A stretch of DNA of 63,790 nt, counting the filler, from Octopus bimaculoides (Eukaryota), in assembly GCF_001194135.2 (NCBI RefSeq). It is 8 parts of 8 records of this genome, joined end to end, with 100 filler letters (N's around TTAATTAATTAA, not from the genome) between each part and the next. Parts side by side here need not be neighbours in the genome. Positions count along the whole stretch, not along the records: positions 1 to 2,888 come from NW_026393161.1; positions 2,989 to 24,407 come from NC_068997.1; 6 more parts are not named here. One strand, given 5' to 3'. Shown in pieces: positions 1 through 10,539 of the stretch. Numbering within the stretch: position 1 is the stretch's first letter; every line of letters starts with the position of its first letter. Made by a program: the position numbers and the translations under genes. The notes below the pieces were generated by a model. The model saw nothing but the letters and a program-made list of their open reading frames with translations, did no database searches and was not told the DNA's origin.

Positions 1-269
1 AGAGAGAGGGAAAGAGAGAAGAGAGTGAGAGAGTAAAGGTGAGAGAGTAACAGAGTAAGAGTGTAGAGAGTAAGAGTACGAGAGAAGAGAGAGGAGAGAA
101 AGAGTAGGGGTGAAGAGAAGTGGGAGTGAAGAGAAGTAGGAAGAGAAGTTGGAGTGAAGAGAAGTGGGAAGAGAAGTAGGAGTGGAGAGAAGTAGGAATG
201 AAGAGTAGTAGGAAGAGAAGTAGGAGTGAAGAGAGGTGAAGAGACTTACAAAGAAGTAGGAGTCGGAGC
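1..269. repeat. Purine-rich low-complexity repeat (GA, GAGAAGTAGG-like units)
   Basis: Almost only A/G with recurring GAGAAGTAGG/GAGAAGTGGG. On the minus strand it is a pyrimidine tract downstream of the GIY-YIG fragment at 387-609, possibly its 3' UTR, but a gap intervenes. Confidence 0.8.
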
Positions 270-386
270 NNNNNNNNNNNNNNNNNNNNNNNNNNNNNNN
301 NNNNNNNNNNNNNNNNNNNNNNNNNNNNNNNNNNNNNNNNNNNNNNNNNNNNNNNNNNNNNNNNNNNNNNNNNNNNNNNNNNNNNN

Positions 387-609
387 CAAAGGAGCGGAGG
401 GAGAAGACCAATCCCTGTTCACGGTGCAAACGGGAGTCCGGATGGCCCCTGTGCATGGACAATCCAAACACAGACAGGTGTTGCTGCAAGGAGTGGCCGG
501 CAGAGCGGAAGTGGCGTGACACCGGAGTGTCATTACCAACGTTGATGTCTCGGAGGTGTTCCGCGAATCGGTCGGCCAGGCGGCGCCCCGTTTGTCCGAT
601 GTACCGAGA
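387..609 (-). mobile_element. Penelope-like element GIY-YIG endonuclease fragment (Neptune-like motif pattern)
   Basis: Hand translation of a minus frame absent from the ORF track: SRYIGQTGRRLADRFAEHLRDINVGNDTPVSRHFRSAGHSLQQHLSVFGLSMHRGHPDSRLHREQGLVFSLRSF. No stop; it has YIG, the R..EH and HF..GH motifs and REQ.L.F of PLE endonucleases. Y codon at 603-601. Confidence 0.85.
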
Positions 610-629
610 ATATATATGTATGTGTGTGT

Positions 630-846
630 GTTTGTATGTCTGTGTTTGTCCCCCTAGCATTGCTTGACAACCGATGCTGGCGTGTTTACGTCCCCGTCAC
701 TTAGCGGTTCGGCAAAAAGAGACCGATAGAATAAGTACTAGGCTTACAAAGAATAAGTCCTGGGGTCGTTTTGCTCGACTAAAGGCGGTGCTCCAGCATG
801 GTCGCAGTCAAATGACTGAAACAAGTAAAAGAGAGTAAAGAGAGTA
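630..846 (+). mobile_element. SINE family A, 3' half
   Basis: CTTGACAACCGATGCTGG...GCGGTTCGGCAAAA...GGCGGTGCTCCAGCATGG...AAACAAGTAAAAGAG, matching many other copies in the window. Confidence 0.9.
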
Positions 847-901
847 ATCCAAGAAAGGATGTCAAAACAATATTTTCAAATATGTAACACCAAACATGTA
901 G

Positions 902-1105
902 CATTCAAACTCGCCAGATTTAAATCCCATGGGTCATTATATTTGGAGCTTGTTGAAATGGTAGCTAATCGACATTTCCAGTCACAAGGTTACCACTTTT
1001 CAGGGGATTTCCAAAATGAAAAAGCACCATTTAGTGCAGGCATGTCAACAATTCTCATCTTTCATTGAAGCAGTTATCAATACTGAAGGCAGATTCACAG
1101 AATAA
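902..1105 (+). mobile_element. Decayed Tc1/maT-type transposase C-terminus
   Basis: SPDLNPMGHYIWSLLK at 911 onward and IEAVINTEGRFTE* ending at 1105, with stops and frameshifts between. Confidence 0.6.
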
Positions 1106-1937
1106 TCTTATAAGAAAGCTTAACGAGAACATGAGCACTAGTTTTTTTATTAAAATGCATTTGATTTTTGTTAGATTAGAGTAGTTTTATTAAATTTTTA
1201 AATATGTCCTCAAATATTTTTTTGCAGTCTGTAGTTAAAGGAAAACTCCCAACTTCAGACTGAGTAACATGTGTGTTATGTTTGAAAACCTGTGAGCTGG
1301 GCTGGACTGGTTGTCCCATATCCATTACTGGTATGTAGTTTTGTCACCTCATTCATGTACATATAGGTGTGTGTTGTTGTGTGTCTGTCCTTCAACTCTT
1401 CCTGTGTGTGTACATGTACATTTGTGTGAACAACAAACCTATATAATTCTATACATTCAAATGTATTATGTAAACACAGACATGTATATGTAAATAATGC
1501 TAATGACAAAGTTACTTCCTATGGTTGTTGACCTGAAGAACAACAACAAATATCCCTCCCTGCACTTTAATAGGTCAGTATCCCTCCCCTTCTCTCATTT
1601 TTCTTAATTTCTGATCTGCCTCCAAAATTTCTTTATTTATTACTATCCTTCTATAGGCATTCATACATCTGCCTCACTCCCACCTCTGTCATTGACTAAC
1701 AGATGAACCATTCCACCCCACTCTCTCTCTGCCTTTTCAACCTCCATTATAATAGCCTCTTCTCCTCAGATCTGGCAGGGCTCTGATCACCTCTACACTG
1801 ACATTCTTACCCTGCTATTTCCTCTTCTTATAACCTTGTTGTGTTCAACCTCTGGTCCCTTCATTAATCACAACACTCAATCTTTTCTGCCCAGAATGAT
1901 GGCATTAATACCATTCTGGTGCATATCTTTCCGACAG

Positions 1938-2156
1938 TTACTCTTTTACTCTTTTACTTGTTTCAGTCATTTGACTGTGGCCATGCTGGAGCACCGCCTT
2001 TAGTCGAGCAAATCGACCCCAGGACTTATTCTTTGGAAGCCTAGTACTTATTCTATCGGTCTCTTTTTGCCGAACTGCTAAGTTACGGGGGACGTAAGCA
2101 CACGAGCATTGGTTGTCAAGCGATGGTGGGGGGGACAAACACAGACACACAAACAA

Positions 2157-2187
<31 letters not shown>

Positions 2188-2362
2188 CATATATACGACG
2201 GGCTTCTTTCAGTTTCCGTCTACCAAATCCACTCACAAGGCTTTGGTCAGCCTGAGGCTACAGTAGAAGACACTTGCCCAAGGTGCCTCGCAGTGGGACT
2301 GAACCTGGAACCATGTGGTTGGTAAGCAAGCTACTTACCACACAGCCACTCCTGCGCCTATG
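1938..2362 (-). mobile_element. SINE family A, full length (tRNA-like head, internal microsatellite, tail ending in TAAAAGAG repeats)
   Basis: Reverse strand: GGCGCAGGAGTGGCTGTGTGGTAAG (A-box-like)...GGTTCCAGGTTCAGTCCC (B-box-like)...(TA)n/(TG)n...tail...GTAAAAGAGTAAAAGAG. Confidence 0.9.
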
Positions 2363-2932
2363 TTAACTTAGTTTCAAAAGGAACATCAATAACATCAATT
2401 TCACTATTCCAGGAGGATCTGAAAATGTCTTGGGCAATTTACTTTCCTCCAGCCCCAGCAATTAAAAAGAAATACTTTTCTCTCCCCAACACTTCCCTCC
2501 TATACATGCACATCAAATAATTATCTGCTTTTTCCTACACTCTCAAGTGTTAAATCACACTCATAGACTAAGGCAAAGAAAAAATTTTCTTGTTCTTTGA
2601 AGGACTTTGTCTGAGACTCTGGAAATTCTTCTCTCAATAGCATATGAAAGCTTTATAGTTTACACACACACACACATTCATTAACAGTAATTATGTATCC
2701 ATTAAAGGTCATCCTCTTAAGATTTGATGATGTAATCAATTTGTAAAATTCTTCGTTATGTATCAGATATAATTGCTAATGAAAAACATGTAAGATATAG
2801 TGAAAAACTGAATGAACATAAATATTTATTTCTGCACTTGTCTTACATGCTTAGATACATATATATGCATATTATATATATATATTTANNNNNNNNNNNN
2901 NNNNNNNNNNNNNNNNNNNNNNNNNNNNNNNN

Positions 2933-2944
2933 TTAATTAATTAA
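2933..2944. other. Artificial assembly linker TTAATTAATTAA inside an N-gap (also at 24452, 39663, 43742, 49465, 58543, 60860)
   Basis: The identical palindromic 12-mer has stops in all six frames and is always flanked by about 43-44 N on each side. Confidence 0.95.
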
Positions 2945-2988
2945 NNNNNNNNNNNNNNNNNNNNNNNNNNNNNNNNNNNNNNNNNNNN

Positions 2989-5635
2989 AATGCAAACCTT
3001 TTTTTAAATAAGGTCGCCATTTTCCTTTTAATAAAGCCTCTAGCCCCCACTGCTACGTGGTAATACTCGACAGTCCATCCCTGTTCTCCGCACTCTTCGA
3101 CTAATCTCTCATACCTCTTCTCCTTCCGTTGCTCTGCATTAGCGATGTTTTCTTCCCATGACACTGTCAGCTTTAGTAAAATTCCAATTTTCTCTTCTGT
3201 GTTCCATAGGATTAAGTCTGGTCTTTTTGTTGTTTTTATGAGTGGAAATATTAACAGTCTTTCCAAATCTGCAACCAGCTCCCATTGTCCCTTCCATCTG
3301 AAGGCCTAGCCTTATGTCCTTTTCTCTTCTGGAAGTATATCCTTCCTCGCTTTTCCACTTTTGGGTACGCTCCCCTATTATATCCCTCGATTTTCTCCTT
3401 GAGTACTACGTTTATGACACCGAGGACTTGATTGTGACGCCATGTATATCTGTCTAGTGCTAGCCTGCAGTTTTACAGAACATGTCTCACCGTCCGTCAC
3501 TTTCTCTCCGCATCTACATTCATCAGTTGTTTGTATGTTCCACCAGACTAAATTGGCCGGTGAAGGTAAAACGTCGAAGGTAGACTTGATCAGGAAGGAT
3601 GTTCTTGATTGTTCCCAAGCCCAAAGTTCCTTCCAAGAGATTCTGCGACACATATTCCTCCCATCTCAGGCACTGTCCCTGTTGACTACATTGCACCAAA
3701 TGTACATTTCACCTTTTCTGATAAGCACACTGCATCTTTGATCCATCCTTTCTACTCTACTCGAGGCTATTTCGTACATTTGCAAAGGCCATATCATCCT
3801 TGGGTACAGTCCAAATTGCAGTATCCAGCATTTTAATTTCCCCGATAATGTTGTTTTGTCAATTGCCTTTAGTCCCTGCTCCGCTAAATCGTGTGTTTCT
3901 TTGCTTTTCTTCTTATCATTTAGTAGATCACTGTACCATCTGCCAAGACTCTTTACTGGTTGTTCTTTCACCGTTGGTATATCTTCACCCTATCCTGAAT
4001 TTCACTTCTTTTTGGACTCCTTTCACGAAAGCCACGCTTCGAGATTTTTTGGCTTTGAATTTCATTCTCGCCCATCATATTAGTTTTCGATAATACAGTA
4101 ACGTCGTCCATAAAAGCCATTAACGATGTCTTTGTAACAGATTTATCACAGTTTATTGATCTAAGTAACATCTCCCTGACTAGCACAAATAAAATGACTG
4201 ATATCGTGCATCCAGCTGCAGTACCTATTTCAAGCCGTTGCCATTCTGTTGCGAACTTTCCTGCTGTAAATCTCATCCTCAGTTTATCGTAGTAACACAT
4301 GAGCATTCGTTGAATATCTTCTGGAATCCAAAAGAAGTCCATAGCTGCTTGAATTAGTGCATATGGAACAGATCCATATGTATTGGCAAGATCTAGCCAT
4401 ACAATGTTCAGGTTTTTCTTCAGTTGTTTTTCACAGATGATAGATTCCCATATGGCAAATGCATGTTGTATGAATCCAGGGATTCCAAAGATAACCTGCC
4501 TTTTGGATTGCTTCATTAACATATCCGTTATGCTGTACGAATCTTATGATTCGCCTGGCAATGATTCCAAACATGATCTTCCCATCGGTATTTAGAAGTG
4601 AAATGGGTCTGAATTGCCCTAGTGTTTTTACCTCCTTCTCTTTAGGTAAATAGATACTTTCAGCTATACACCATCGCTCTACTATGTCTTTCTTCTTCCA
4701 CATTTCTCTTATCAATGCAAATAGTTTTTAACGCAATTTCGGGCAATACTTATAAATCTTCTAGCTAACTCCGTCGTTCCCTGGTGAACTTTTTTCTCTT
4801 GCTTTTCTAATGAACTCATCAATTTCTTTCCGTTTGTTGTCACTCAAATCGAATGGCACCCTTGGTTCAGGTGGTTTCTTCAGCCCGAGCATTTCTGGGA
4901 GTACTTTATTTCTATCAGCGTCGCTGGATGTCTCTTTAAGATGGTGTTCGAGCTCTTCTTTAGTACAATCTAATCTTCTGCTCTTACATTCAGTAAACAA
5001 ACGTTTAGCATATTGATATGGGTTGTTCACAAAACTATGATAGTTCTTTTCTTTCTCCTTTCTTCTGTTCTTTCTTCTTTCCTTTCTTAGTTGTTCTCGA
5101 TGCCTTTAGCCCCTGCTCTGCTAAATCGTTTGTTTCTTTGCTTTGCTTCTTATCTTTTAGTAGATCTCTTTAACCTTTTTCTTTCCTCCTTCTTTGCGTC
5201 CCCCCATCTGGTTCTCCGTTTTTTCTTCTCTTCTTGTATCTTTACGATCCGTCTTTCTCTCCTCGATGGTCCTCCCTTTGCCGATGATTCTCCATTCCCT
5301 GTTGTTTCAAGTCCAAATCTTTTCTCTCCTTCCTTGTAGATTATATTAGCCAAGTTCTCGAGCTTTTGTTCGTCGTCTCCTTTGAATTTAGAGGTCATTC
5401 TTGCTACCTCGTCATCGAATTACTTATAGCTCGCTGCATCATTTGCCTTCGGCCACTTAATCTTTGGTTTCTTTACGCCTATCTCTTTTCTTGTCTGTTC
5501 CAATTCAACAGCGGAATGACCCTCGCTATGGCTTCTTTCCAGGAGGTTCTGGCCACACGTCTTCTGGTTTCAAGCCACACTGTTGAATTACTTTCTTCTG
5601 ACACACCTTCTCTTGGTGAATTCTAAGCCCGATGT
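2989..5635 (-). mobile_element. HERO-like non-LTR retrotransposon (RT, CCHC, restriction-like endonuclease), frameshifted
   Basis: Collinear minus-strand pieces: GLRIHQEKVC (N-terminal zinc-finger half, about 5630); PEMLGLKKPPEP...KAREKSSPGNDG; FRPISLLNTDGK; VWLDLANTYGSVP; WQRLEIGTAAGCTISVILF; AFMDD; SFLIKSTFDVLPSPANL; CRC..H...C.WRHNQVL; KRPDLILWN...LLKLTVSWEEN...RKEKRY...GARGF. The endonuclease E is replaced by K. The 3' end is lost in the gap. Confidence 0.85.
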
Positions 5636-5637
5636 AA

Positions 5638-5691
<54 letters not shown>

Positions 5692-5745
5692 ACACACACA
5701 CACACAGAGTAATCCTTCGCGCGATAGGTGAAAAACAACAATTAC

Positions 5746-5785
<40 letters not shown>
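5638..5785. repeat. (CA)n and (TA)n microsatellites between the HERO 5' end and the PLE
   Basis: Direct reading. Confidence 0.95.
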
Positions 5786-5787
<2 letters not shown>

Positions 5788-5982
5788 ATAATCTGGTTAA
5801 AGTATATGTAAATGGATGAGTGAATTTTCCTTTGTTTACCGTTAACATGGAAAATTCAATAAACAGTTACCAGGGTAGCAAAATTTACGCAAGGATGTAG
5901 CAACTTGTTCAAAGGCAGAAACTCCGGGTTAATGTGCAGTAGTTTGTATAGTATAAATAAATAAATGGAGTTAAACGCAGGT

Positions 5983-6064
5983 GTTATTCAAATTCTTTTA
6001 CTTATGACATATGTTTCGAAGACAACATTGGTATTATTCCAATGGAATAAATGGTGTAAAATAA
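5983..6064 (-). repeat. Inverted partial copy of the PLE pseudo-LTR carrying the 3' half of the hammerhead
   Basis: Reverse complement reads TTATTTTACACC...GTCTTC-GAAAC-ATAT-GTC-ATAAGTAAAAGAATTTGAATAAC and aligns with 8128-8209. It lacks CTGATGA. Confidence 0.9.
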
Positions 6065-6905
6065 AAGATCACAAACAAAACTTTTATAATAACCCATCAT
6101 TACGGCTTATCTGTCATTCCAGCTCAGACATCGGTATACTTAGTGAAAACATCTTAGATAAATATATCCCTACATTAGTCAATAAATTAAAACTTAGTTT
6201 ATGTTCTAATTCTTTCCAAGTCGTTGATTGGTTTACTTCTATTACTAATAAGGTTAACACTAAATTTATCCAGTTCGATATTTCTAGCTTTTATTCCTCC
6301 ATAAACCCAATAGTACTTAATGAGGCACTTTGGCTGGCTCACAACAAAGCTGGTCTCACCAGAGAAGAGATTAAGTTGTGTTGGCAGCCAGAAAATCTAT
6401 CATAAAATTTGACAACAAGCTGTTGGTCCGTAAGGATACACCCGACGGATTTCATGTCACGATTGGAAGTTCCGATTCAGCACAAATTGCAGATTTAGTC
6501 GGCGTATATATACTTTATGAAATGACTGACCAGTTTCCATTCCCAGACATCAGTGGAGGTCTATATCGCGATGATTGTTTACTTTACCTCCAAAATGTTT
6601 CCAATCAAAAAATACAGAAGGTTAAGAATAGGTTAGTTAGGTTTTTCCGTAGAATGGGCTTAGGCATCGTTTTTGATGACGATGTAACTAAAGCCAACTT
6701 CTTAGATATTACACTTAATTTGCACAATAACTCGTACTTCCCATACCACGGACCATCCACCAACCTCAAGTATATTAGCCTATCCAGTAATCACGCTAGA
6801 GCAATTACTAAGAATTTAGTTTAAAATATTTCAGTTAGATTGTCTAAACTATCCGCCAATATTGACATTTTTAACGACAAGGCTGAATTTTATAACTCTG
6901 CCTTA
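6060..6905 (+). pseudogene. PLE reverse transcriptase (YRDD type; Nematis-like by inference), frameshifted
   Basis: ORFs 5965-6405 and 6378-6824, plus continuation NISVRLSKLSAN after a stop. The first ~32 codons of the 5965 ORF are antisense pseudo-LTR, not RT. Confidence 0.85.
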
Positions 6906-7479
6906 GTTAAAGAAAAAAGTTACCTACATTAATTCTGTTCAATCTCATTCTACATCTACTAATCGAGACATTAAATTTAGTTGTAATAAGAAGAGTGATT
7001 TTAATTTTGATATAGACACAAACACAAAACAGAATAAGGTGTTTTTATAGCATAAGGGAGATAACCGTTATTTAAGTCCATTTTTTTCATTCTAAAGGGA
7101 ATACTATGTTCTTTAGAGATAGTTCCACTTACAATTTGATTGGTGCTAGCAAAACTATTTGGTTTGTTATTCCGTATGGAAGGCAAATTAAATCTAATCT
7201 TCCTTTACAGTTCCGTGAAGTGATTAGTAAGAACTTTCCCAAAAATTCTGGATATTCGATTATAAATTCTCATAGACTTAGAGTAGCAATTTCCAACACA
7301 AAAAATCTTTCGCAAGTTATATCTTCTCATAATATAAACCTGTTAAATAAAAATTCATTTACTGAGAGTTCCAACATTAATTTACTTAATACCAACCTTT
7401 CCCCTAATAATAATAACAACAAAGTTTTGGTCTCTGATGTCAACCCCAATAGAATTAGATTTATGTCTAATAATTCTAA

Positions 7480-7820
7480 GATTAAGAATATATCAGTGTA
7501 AAATTACTTCCGGTACCGAAGTCCATTTTTATATCGAGGCTTCTTCTTCTCAGTTATCTAAAAGAATTTCCAATCATTATTCTACATTTAGGGATAGCAG
7601 TAAACGCAATAGCACAGGACTTAGTAAATTGATTTGGCATCTTAAGGATAATAATAAGAAATTTAATTTAGATTGGTTCATCATTTCAATCTCTTTCCCT
7701 AATGACAATGGTAAAAGATTTTACAGCATTTGTAATTCTGAGCTGTTCCACATTCTCTTTTCTAAGAATCCACTGCTAAACACGTATATAGAGCGTTCTT
7801 ACCGATATAAACGTTGGTAG
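7480..7820 (+). pseudogene. PLE GIY-YIG endonuclease, degenerate (YIG to YIE)
   Basis: RIYQCKITSGTEVHFYIEASSSQLSKRISNHYSTFRDSSKRNSTGLSKLIWHLKDNNKKFNLDW...SICNSELFHIL...LLN. Confidence 0.8.
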
Positions 7821-8106
7821 AAACACACCTTTAGCTCATATAGGTGATTTCTACCAATCTAAATAGTTTGAGTATTTAGTTCTTCTTTCACTCTACTTAC
7901 AATAGAGATATCTATTTTCTAGCTTTTGAACATTTATTTAACGCACATATCACTCTATATTTCTCCTTATTTATTTCTTTACCCCTTCTCTTCATATGCG
8001 TTACCTTTGACGTCATATATACAAACGGGTTTTTTTTAAATACTTCTGTTCATCATTAACACAGTCATTGTTAAAATGTCTTATTGTTGAGTATGTTTCT
8101 CTTTCT

Positions 8107-8191
8107 TTCCCTGATGAGAAGATTACATTATTTTACACCATTTATTCCTTTGGGATAATACCAATGTTGTCTTCGAAATATATGTCGGAAG
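8107..8191 (+). ncRNA. Type I hammerhead ribozyme with branched stem II
   Basis: Stem I TTCC(8107-10)/GGAA(8187-90); CTGATGA 8111-17; stem II GAAGA/TCTTC extended by ACATT/AATGT with a nested TTATTCC-TTT-GGGATAA hairpin; GAAA 8175-78; near-palindromic stem III ATATATGT; GUC site, cut after 8186. Confidence 0.85.
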
Positions 8192-8517
8192 TAAAAGAAT
8201 TTGAATAACGTGTGTATGTATGTATAGAGATATATATGTGTATGTGTGTGTGGGGGTGCGTACGGGTGGGTATAGTTAATATATTATGGTTATAGAAAGA
8301 TCCATTAGGAAATCTTGATGTATATGGGGAAAAATTTTTGGCAGGGGATTTTTACGCTGTAAACCGGGCGGTGTACGTCACTGGGTTTGATTTGATTTGT
8401 TTGTTTACATTCTGAAAGAAAACAACGATGGTAGGTTGCGTACCGTTGATTATTCTTTCACCCTCTGTGATATATGTGTTTTGCTAATAATAGTAGTGTT
8501 GGTGATGGCAATAATGC

Positions 8518-8646
8518 GACCCTGAAGAGATGGAGTATCCAGCAATTTATAATTTGTAATATGTTGTAATATGTTATAATATGTTATGAGACATTTTATG
8601 ATGTGGTTTATTTATCCTGGATACTCTATTGAAATGTGCATAGGTT
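8518..8646 (+). ncRNA. Type I hammerhead ribozyme with 14-bp stem II and 74-nt loop
   Basis: GACC/GGTT stem I; CTGAAGA 8522-28; GATGGAGTATCCAG (8529-42) pairs with CTGGATACTCTATT (8617-30); GAAA 8631-34; stem III ATG-TG-CAT; AUA site, cut after 8642. AATAAA about 45 nt downstream. Confidence 0.75.
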
Positions 8647-8938
8647 TGGCTTGTTGTGGTTGTTTCTGCTATTATAATTGTTGCTGCAATAAAGTATTTT
8701 CAATGCATCGATTTTGAGCTCTATCTTTTAAGAGACATATATATATATATATTCAAGTATAGGATAAAATCTTTATAAGAATTTATCAAGTAGTTAGCGT
8801 GAAAAAATCTCATAAGGGAAAAATCCATCAATTATTCCCTATAAATATATTTATTTATAGTAAGGGCATTACTGTACATAAATGCCTCACGCTAGGAGGG
8901 ACTCTAAATGTCAAACTACCATAATAAACACACACACA

Positions 8939-9018
<80 letters not shown>

Positions 9019-10129
9019 CACAAATACATACAAATTAATATGTAATGCACAATATAGAGATGTAACTAATCCGGTGGTACTCACAAAAAAGCTCCTTTAG
9101 TAGACCAGGCTATAAACCACATAGTAATCCAATACAGAGGGATGTAATGTATAGTCTTATGCAGTCAAACATTGTGTCACTAATAAAGAACGTATGATAT
9201 TTTAGTGTATGCGAAAAGTGGGTATTTTATGAGTTACTCATTTTAACAATTAAATAGCTTTCCAAGTCTCGTGAAATCTCACATAACTAAATGCAAAATG
9301 GAAACAATGTTACCATCATTTCATCTACTCAAACAAACTGGAAACAACAACTGAACTTACATAATCATTTTTCTAATTAATCAGTTCCTCATATCATTTG
9401 AAACTATATTAATGAGTATGACTGTTAAGAAGAACTATTGTAGAGGAGAATACTAACTGGAATTTTTAACAGTGGTTGAAGAGCAGTCAGACCAGCTCTG
9501 TATGGCAGGGTCAGTCGATGCAGCCCAGAGACGCAGTGCCAATCGCATTGCTCGATGGACAGTCAGAGCAAACATAGCAATGAAACATTTTAACAAAGTA
9601 GTGATAGTCAGCAAATCAGTTACGAAGTATCGCGATATTGTTGCTATAGATACAAAGATGCAATATATGCCATTTTATGTATGTATCTATAACATGAATC
9701 TCTCTTGTGTATTATCTTTGAAGTCGAAAATAAAACCTCGTATCGTTTGTATATTTTTATCGTGATCGATATAGCTTATCACATTTACTTTTATTTATCA
9801 ACAAGTAAATCAGGTGATTGAAATCATTTTTGTTATTTTCACGCATAATTGTTTATATTGGTTAGGATAGATCATTCTCAACAAACTAATGCTTTTTCTA
9901 TATAGTTTTGTTTTGTATTCTATATTGCAATGTGCTATGCTGTAAATATATATATGTTAATGAGAATATATTTGTGTAACTGGGTTATAAAGTCCCTATT
10001 TACGCAAGTGATTATGCATGTAATAAATAAAACCTTCTAATCTAATAGTTAGATGTCTCATATGGATATTTGTTAAACATTTAAATAAACTGAAATCAAC
10101 AGAATCTATTGATTTAAAATGTTGGCAAA

Positions 10130-10320
10130 ACGCCAGCAATTCTGGGTAAGGGGTTAATCAATTACATCGACCCCTTTGCTCAACTGAAACTTACTGTACC
10201 AATCTCGAAAGATGAAAGGCAAAGTCGGCTTCGGCGAAATTTGAACTCAGGACGTAAAAACGGACGAGACGCCGCTAAACATTTTGTCCGGCGTGCTAAC
10301 GATTCTACCAACTCGCCACC
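10130..10320 (-). mobile_element. SINE family B
   Basis: GAAAGATGAAAGGCAAAGTCGGCTTCGGCGAAATTTGAACTCAG...CGGCGTGCTAACGATTCT. The same family recurs at 15940-16075(-), 18545-18715(-), 25430-25620(-), 25730-25830(+), 50875-51098(-) and 52050-52200(+). Confidence 0.85.
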
Positions 10321-10539
10321 TTCATATGTATAAATATTGAAATATCTAAACATAAGATTCTGTTGTTTCCAGTTTATTAAAATTTTAAATTGTTCACATT
10401 TAAAAAATTTTTTCAGTCTTAACATATTGGGTACTCTCGTGGCATCAGTATTCAGATAAACTAATTAAGATTAAACTTTATATATTTTGTAAGATTTAAT
10501 ACATTATTTACCCCACTTTTTAATTTCCTTGCAGAAGTT

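Larger units (their letters stand above)
5786..8210 (+). mobile_element. Penelope-like element, 5'-truncated, with inverted partial pseudo-LTR, RT, C-terminal GIY-YIG and 3' hammerhead
   Basis: RT from about 6060: KDHKQNFYNNPSLRLI, FIQFDISSFYSSI, FHVTIGSSDSAQIADLVG, GLYRDD, FLDITL, SNH. Linker: KTIWFVIPY...SHN. Endonuclease: IYQCKI...FYIE...RISNH...RNSTGLSKLIWHLKD. Bases 5983-6064 are the reverse complement of 8128-8209 (5 mismatches in 82). Confidence 0.9.

Noticed and set aside
1520-1930. Possible decayed PLE 3' end (DLKNNNKYPSLHFNRS; CCAGAATG/CATTCTGG hairpin at about 1890-1918)
   Set aside because: The resemblance is short and no hammerhead core is present.
2593-2625. Possible hammerhead relic CTTTGA-A-GGAC-TTT-GTCT-GAGAC-TC
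   Set aside because: Both core halves carry changes. It is compatible with an old PLE end but too decayed to call.
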